From the NCBI GenBank assembly GCA_025594325.1, contig JANHCV010000013.1:868001-932000 (forward strand): a DNA stretch of 64,000 nucleotides, given 5' to 3'. Origin of the DNA: Blastocladiella emersonii ATCC 22665 (taxonomy: Eukaryota > Fungi > Blastocladiomycota). Positions 57,451 to 64,000 of the stretch are shown here, in pieces. How positions within the stretch are numbered: position 1 is the first letter of the stretch; each line of letters opens with the position of its first letter. The notes below the pieces were generated by a model. The model made no database searches. It saw nothing but the letters and a program-made list of their open reading frames with translations, and was not told where the DNA came from. The position numbers and the translations under genes are program-made.

Positions 57451-58918
57451 CTGCGGTGGCGTCGGACGGTGGAGTTTACACGCTCGCCACAGCTCGCTGA
57501 TTTGCTCCATCCACCTTCCGTGCATGTTTTACGCATGCTGTAGATGCCAGTTGATGCAATGTATTCAACCCATGGATTTCTTCCAAATTGCGCCTAGTTT
57601 ATGTCTACTTGCGTGATTCGAGCGCCGCGCTGAACCCGTAGCACAGGCACCGCCAGCCGCTGACGAGCCGCGCCTGTCGCTCCCAGCGCATCAGAAGAAG
57701 TCATGTCCGCTTTGGATTTGACCGCCGGTAGCTTCAGCTAGTTGATAGGGCCGCTCGCCAAGTCGGAGACCCGCCCTTGAGTGACGAACAGAATGTCGCC
57801 TACTGATCCATGACTCTACCATGAAGCTGGAAACGTTCACGTCGCGTTTCAACTCTAAAATCGTCGCGTGGCAGATAGTGAAGCTCGATCACGGGGTGTT
57901 ACATGTTCTACCAGCGTCAGAGGCAGCTCGAGCATGGCCGTTCCGCGACCCTGTGTTCAAGCAAAGGAATAGCACCATTCGCAACTCTCTGAAGTGGCCT
58001 TTGATGCGTTCCAGGCGCTCAATCGCACCGACTGGATCGCATGCACCTCATTCAGGTCTGGAAAGATTTGCAACGTGCCGGTTCAGCGCCGTGGACGTGC
58101 TTCACTGGTTGGGCGACCGTCCCGCGCGCTCTCGCTGAAGCGCTGAATTGTGAGCAAGCTAAGTACCAGGGCTCACCAGCTTTACTCGAGGCTGGCAATT
58201 GTTGTCCATTCGTGCTAGCGGAAGCGGTCCTTCACTCGCTCGCTCTCGTCAACTTGTACGAATCGGGCCAGTATGCGGCCACGTACAAACAATTGAAGAA
58301 AATCAACTTTCTTTGGCCGCTTGGCCTGCCGCGCCAGTAGGCGTCCACCTAATAAGCTCGATCCGCGAGCGCAATCCGCAACAGCATGCGTGCCGCAAAC
58401 CCCTTCAGGCGAACATAGGTTTCGCCCTCTTTAAACTGCAATCCCGGCCAGGAAACCAAGTTTATCTACCGAGGTAGAGGTAGTTGACCAGTTTGCCGCC
58501 AGGAGAAAGCCTGTTTACCCTCTGGATTGGATGCTGTACTCGATTTGCGACCCCATGAATTCAAACTGTGTCTATCGTTTCCGTGCTCCTCTGAGCGCTA
58601 AATATATTTCCGCGAGTCACATCCTTCACTCCGTTGCGCAGGAACGACTTTCGGTTAGCTTCTTGAATCAACCCTGGCGGTGTGTTAGCGTTGAGAATCC
58701 GATCGCCATTTTTTTCTTGACACCCGGCTTCCAACCACCCCAACGCTTAATTATCTCTTTTGTAGCTCTTAGCACGGTCAGTCCATCACCTTCGAGAACA
58801 GCGCAATCGACTGAGCCGTTGTGATGAAAAGTCCAACTTACTTCAAGGGCGACTATAACCACCACGACCACCAGCAAAAAATCCCCCTGACCTCACCCAT
58901 CACGCTCATGTATCGCAT

Positions 58919-61900
58919 TCACCAGAAATCCTGATATGCGATTTCGACCCTCACCCGACCCGGCCCAAGAATTGAGTGCAAATTTGCAGCTGGCCGCACA
59001 ATTTGTGATCCGCGATTTCCGATGGATGCGCTCGACTTGGTCCGCTGTTCGGGCACCAGCATGTAGCTGACATCAAAAGCAGGCGTGATGCCAAGCGACT
59101 TTCGCTGAGGCGGAAGAACGACGAGCTGTTTGATAAAGACAATCGCGCAAAGATGCCCAAAGAGGTCCATGACCTTGACGACGATCGAGCAGTTGGGCGA
59201 CTGGCCGGCCGTGTATACGATGTTGTGGAACATGGACTTGATGGTCAGCGTGTTACACGCGCCCTCGTTGCTCCGGTCTTTTGCAAGCTGTTGAAACTCG
59301 GGTGATGCGTGACCCGGCGGAAGCTCGTACTGCGTGTACATGCAGTTAGTTTGCTCGAGTGCAGCGCTGGCGAGCAGGCGTGAAGTAGTCACCCGTCCGC
59401 CATCGGAAACGGAGGCGGCAACATCTGAGGGATGAGCGGGCCAAGTCCAAGCGATGGGCGATGGCCCTGAAGACTCAAATGGACGAAAACGCGTACAACT
59501 CGCGCTTCGTGATCGACCTCGGTACCGATCGCGCGGCCTGGGTAAGGAAGCTGGAAAAGCTGCAACTTCCCGTCAATGTATAGCGCAACAGCGCCGCGGT
59601 ACTGGGCGAGTTCGCTCGTGGGCGCGGGCTTAACTCGCACCTTGTCGCGGCCACTTGGTAACGCAAAAACGACTTGGACGGAATCAGCTGCAAAGAACGC
59701 CAAGTGCGAGACTGGCAAGGGGGAGCGCGCAGGACTCCCAGCTGCACGAGCGGATGCAGCAGACTTCATGATTCCGCGGACTGCAAGCTGAAGGTCAGAA
59801 AGCGGAACCCGCGTCGTTTCGATCAGGTCCCAAGCGAGCTCGTGGCTGATCGCCTCTGGTTCAACGTCCGTATCGAGAAAGTCGGCAAAGTACACGTGGG
59901 CGGGGACGTAAAGCAGCTTGAAGCGAGTTTTTGAGCAGGAACTCAACGCTGACATGTACCACAGCACTTTGAGAGTGCCGAGCGAAGCATCATAGGTCAA
60001 ACGGAGACATTCAAAGTCGGACATTCCATCGCCATCAACTTGCCTCAAGAAAATGCAAAATGCAGCAGTCGGAGGCGAGGCGGGTACAAGGAGCCTGAAG
60101 GTGGCCTCTGCGCGATACACAAAGTCGGTTGCGCTACCATGAGTTTCGTGCCGCTGAAAGCCGTGGATGCGGGCAAGAAGACAAGTCTCCGGGCAATCGC
60201 CAAACGGGATTCTGCTACTCAAAAGTTCGATCATCCCATGGTCCGCGGGAGGCCACGGAAGCGAAGTGTACGGCATCGCGCCATTCCAAGTTAAGCGGCC
60301 TGCAGCGAAGGCGTGAGAGAGCGCCTTGAACGGAAAGGCTCCAGTGAGGAACGAGCCACCTGGAGAGTCAAACGACGGTGCGCGGGGAGGGGAGGGGAGG
60401 CACGGTCAGCAGCGCAAATGTCAGGAAGGTCGTGGGTACGAATACTGTACCATGGTAGCAGTTGAAGCCTGGGTCGCGGCCGTTGTTCAACGACAAGAAT
60501 TCCTTGAGCGTTTTGAGCAAGTGCGGAGAATCGGCGAGAGACACAGGAACCGCGGGAGCTGCAATTTTGCGGAACGTATACTCTCGGTAAGGGAGTAGCC
60601 CTGGAAGAGGCTGCGTAGCCCGCACAAAGGGCTTCGTGCGCAACTGCCATTCATCGTGCGCAGACTCGCCAGCTTCGCAAACTGCAACACCGTAAATGGC
60701 GGGGAGCGCCTGAATCGGTACACCAAGCGAATCCCTGAGAGCCTTGATGGCGCCCTCATCGCTGCTGGCCTGCTTGTTTGAGCAAACACGCATCAGTGAG
60801 GAGTCGCCCAATTTGCAATCGTTGTACTTGAGGACAGCAGATCCGTGCAAGACCAAGTTTGGGAAACCGCACCGGTCTGCCAGCGTGGACGTTTCAATCA
60901 CGTCAAATCGAAGCGTGGTGTCCGCGGCCATCTCGTCCATGACGAGGACGGCGTCGCCGAGAACAAAGGTGAGAGCATACGGCGACGCGCTGGTGGTACC
61001 TGGTCCAAATGCAACGAGAAGAGCGCTGATCCAGCGAGTCAGGTGATCCATGCAACCGAGCTCGATGCTCTGACTGCTCACGTCGATGAAGAATCCGGCA
61101 AGCTGGGCGCTGAGAGCGGTCGCTGAGCGGCTCGAGTTGCCGCGAAGAAAGGTCGGGTTCACAGCGATTGCCGCGGGCAATTTCAAGTCGAAAGTGCCGC
61201 CATTTGCACTTGGGCCCTCGGGCAGCTGGCGACGATAATTGCGAACGAAGTATGCGCCGTCGTCAACAAACCGACTCAGCTCGCAACGCGTACGAGCGTT
61301 GACGGACGCCTCGAGCGGAGGGCTGAGCGGTAAATCTAGACACAAGTGAGCCTGCGACCGGAGGGTGAGAGCTTCCAGAAGAGTATTGGGTGTACTGGCT
61401 TCGTCACAGTCGTCCATGGGAAAAAGGTCGAAATTGAGGCGCGGGTGGTTCGACGCTGCGGAAGCGAGAAGTTTTGCGCGTATAACCGCCTGCTCGGCGG
61501 ACGATGGGAGCGAGTCGCATCGCTCGAGCCAAGTTAGCCAGCAAGTCCGAATGCCTTGGAGCGTCGCGTCGTTGGTGACGCGAACCCGCGGGTAAGCCGC
61601 GAGCCAGTCGACTCGAGGCAAGTGCGCATCTGCTCGATCCAGTACGCAAGCGCGGCCGTCTCGACATGCTCTGAAAACCAGAGCTGACCGATGAAGCGAG
61701 CGAGCGTCGGGCGGTCCAGCGTCGAGTGCATGAGAGCGTGAAGAATGAGGAGCGTACGCGCGATCGGCTCAGCGCGCAGGTCGTTGAGCGTGAAGGACAT
61801 GGTCGCACGCGACCCCTTGCGCGCGGCCTCGCCAATCGTGTGCGCGACCGAGCGCAGGTCGTTGAAGCCGCACAGAAGCGCGCTGAGCTTCCGGCCGGCA

Positions 61901-62031
61901 ATACTGGCATCGTGGTAGAGGTAAATGTCGGCGGCGTGCGAGTCGCGGAACGGATCAAAGTGCTCCGCTGGGTCCAAGTGAAGAACCGTCGCGCTTGCCT
62001 GCGTAGGCAGGAAACGTTGCGCTGAAGCCAT
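58919..62031 (-). pseudogene. DUF4470-family copy 5 (copy-2 subtype), frameshifted
   Basis: LLCGFNDLRSV, FTLNDLRAEPIARTLLILH, FIGQLWFSEH and FDVIETSTLADRCG. Intron 60360-60450. Frameshifts near 61610 and 59390. Confidence 0.85.
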
Positions 62032-62251
62032 TGCAGCAAGTTAGTTCATCAGTTTGGCATCCTTCGTTTACAGGTCGCCCCCGCACAGGAGCTTCAGTGG
62101 CGCTAACCCGGCGAGCGAGGCGGCGAGCGGTGTGGCGTTCGAGATCATGCGATCCTCCGTCACATGATATCGGAACGCGTCTCGCGTTCGAGGCACTCCG
62201 GCCGCCACGTAGGGGCAAGATGGGGTCTAGCAGAAACAATAAATTCGGTAT

Positions 62252-64000
62252 TTAGATGTCGTGCAAACTCTTCGTCGTCCAGACTGTCGGGAAGGGCGGG
62301 AGAAGGAGGGCGCGCTTGAGCTCCGCCTTGAGAATGTCAAAGGCCGCGATCGTGCCCGCGCCAAGCCTCGATTCCGGTCGATACCGCATCAGATCGTGTA
62401 GGTCCGGGTTCGAGTGATCCGTCGTGGCCGCGCTCCGTCGTGGCCGCGCTCGAGTATTCAAACAACTGTCCAAGTGCGCGGGCGTTACGGCCGCCTGGCC
62501 ACTTGACCACGCGAAACGGCTTTCCTTCAGCACACCTGTACGCCTGCTCCAAAGCGTTGACGAGCTGACGCAGTCGAGGCAGAGAATCGGCTTGGGGACC
62601 AGAGTCCAGCGAAGGTGACGTCGAAAGCAGAAGAAAGCTCACATCGTACGCGACCCTGCGGTGGAATGCCAATCGACTGGTTGACAAACAAGACTGCAAG
62701 TGGTTCGGTCGAGCCCGCAGGCACAATCTTGATGACACCAGGTCGATTGCCCATTGTGCGGACGAGTCCACCCAGATCAAGAAACAAGGTCTTGATGAAG
62801 GCGGCTTTGGCAATGGGCGCCACGCCAAAGTCGACTGGCGCGTCCCGATCTGCGAGTACTTGACGATGAACCTGCTCGGTTTCAGGAAGCGTCATCAAGT
62901 AACCGATCGTGGAAAGCGATCGCTCAAAAGCATTGGAGACGAACTCTCGACCCTGCGTTGGAGGACTGAACGGCGCAAATCGCGGGAGCAGCGGGCCTAG
63001 ACCAAGGTGGGGGGGAATCACCGCTTGAGAGGCTGTTTCAACCTCAACAGTCAACATAGAACGGGAGGTCGTGAGGAATGTCACCTTGACGCCTACCGCG
63101 CGCGTGGGGAAGGGAAGTCTGACGAGGCACACTGTGCCGTTGCAGTGCACTGCAACGGCGCCACGGTAAGGCGCGAGCTCTCTTTGCTGGATTGGCTTGA
63201 CAATCTTGCCCTCAAGGTCGCGAAACACGATCAGGCCCAGCATCATTGAGGAAGCGCCTTGTGTGAGCAAAGCGCTTGCAAAAATCTCCTCTGCCCCCAG
63301 AACGAGGTAAAGCGAACTACTTGCACAAGGAGGGCGCTGCCGATGCCATGACGCCGCGAACCGCGCCAAGCAGATCCAAGATCAAGATCCGAGTTGATTT
63401 GACGATCGGCTCTGCCGTACGCGGCCGACACCCCATCAGATCATGACCAAGTGCGGGACTGATGGCCACAAAGTGGGTGAAGCAATTTGTATCAATCAGC
63501 CCAAACGCACGCGCTGGGACTGCGGCGAGATCGAATTAAGAGTCACCATCCGCAAGGTCCTCGGGATACATGTACCAAACCACGCGGACAGTATCACAAG
63601 ATGGATCGTGCGCGAAGCGGAGTGATTCAAAGGTCATAGTTCCTTCAAGTTGAACACGGCTCGCCTGAACCACCCAAAAGCAGGCAGCGGACCAATGAGC
63701 AACAACAAGCTTGAGAAGAGAAAAATCCGCTTCCATACGATACACGAATGCCGTTGCGTGATCGAGCTCGGTCCAATAGAAGCCGTGTGCGCGCGCGATA
63801 AGCAGGCCCTCGGAGCATTGCGTCACTGGAAGCCCCAGCTAATGAAGCTCGGACCAGGTTCCGTCCGCATACGAAGTAGGCCAAGGGAGCGACGTGTATG
63901 GAACAGCGCTGGACCAAGTCAAGCGACGACCAGCAAAAGCGTACGCCATCAATTTGATGATGAAAGCGTGAGTTGGAAACGATCCACCTACGCGTGAGGG
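62252..64000 (-). pseudogene. DUF4470-family copy 6, 3' half only (5' half beyond the window), decayed
   Basis: RELAPYRGAVAVHCNG, PPHLGLGPLLPRFA, VRGVMASAA and KRALLLPPFP parallel copies 2 and 5. Stops, frameshifts and a 16-bp tandem duplication at 62419-62450. Confidence 0.8.

Noticed and set aside
33706-64000. RIP-like mutation as the cause of pseudogenisation
   Set aside because: Only one clear CAG-to-TAG change was seen by eye and most lesions are indels; it would need a RIP-index calculation.
1-64000. CRISPR arrays, rRNA/tRNA genes, Starship captain or giant-virus hallmark genes
   Set aside because: No repeat-spacer periodicity, cloverleafs, tyrosine recombinase, capsid or DNA polymerase B motifs were recognised.

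Overview
Eukaryotic, high-GC fungal DNA. Introns are short GT-AG with CTRAC branch points, and the window carries MSH6, TAM41, CMC1 and a tyrosinase. An early-diverging zoosporic fungus such as Blastocladiomycota is the best guess (inference only). The window is a mosaic. Two blocks of intact, very GC-rich genes (~14-21.5 kb and ~42.2-54.1 kb) alternate with three lower-GC accessory blocks (~0-14, ~22-42 and ~54.2-64 kb) full of paralogs, pseudogenes and transposon relics. Main observations: (1) an intact ORF at 40187-41677(-) that fuses a glycine-zipper/hydrophobic module to a cholera/pertussis-type ADP-ribosyltransferase domain with an intact R-STS-ExE motif, i.e. a polymorphic-toxin-like architecture; (2) a sphingosine-kinase gene whose 3' half (7802-8618) is cleanly inverted between 4-bp inverted microhomologies, and flipping it restores one reading frame and the stop codon; (3) six paralogs of a ~1000-aa DUF4470-type protein, none with a MYND finger in the parts visible, most of them decaying; (4) a recurrent ~24-bp intergenic motif CACGTGAGTGGCGCRACGCGTC and a 16-bp motif TTTCGCGACGCGTCTC; (5) a MENTAL-like membrane protein, a receptor-like protein with a GrpE-like tail, and relics of metacaspase, LRR, SET, TIP30-like, LINE and integrase genes. 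All family assignments are by motif recognition by eye; no database searches were run.
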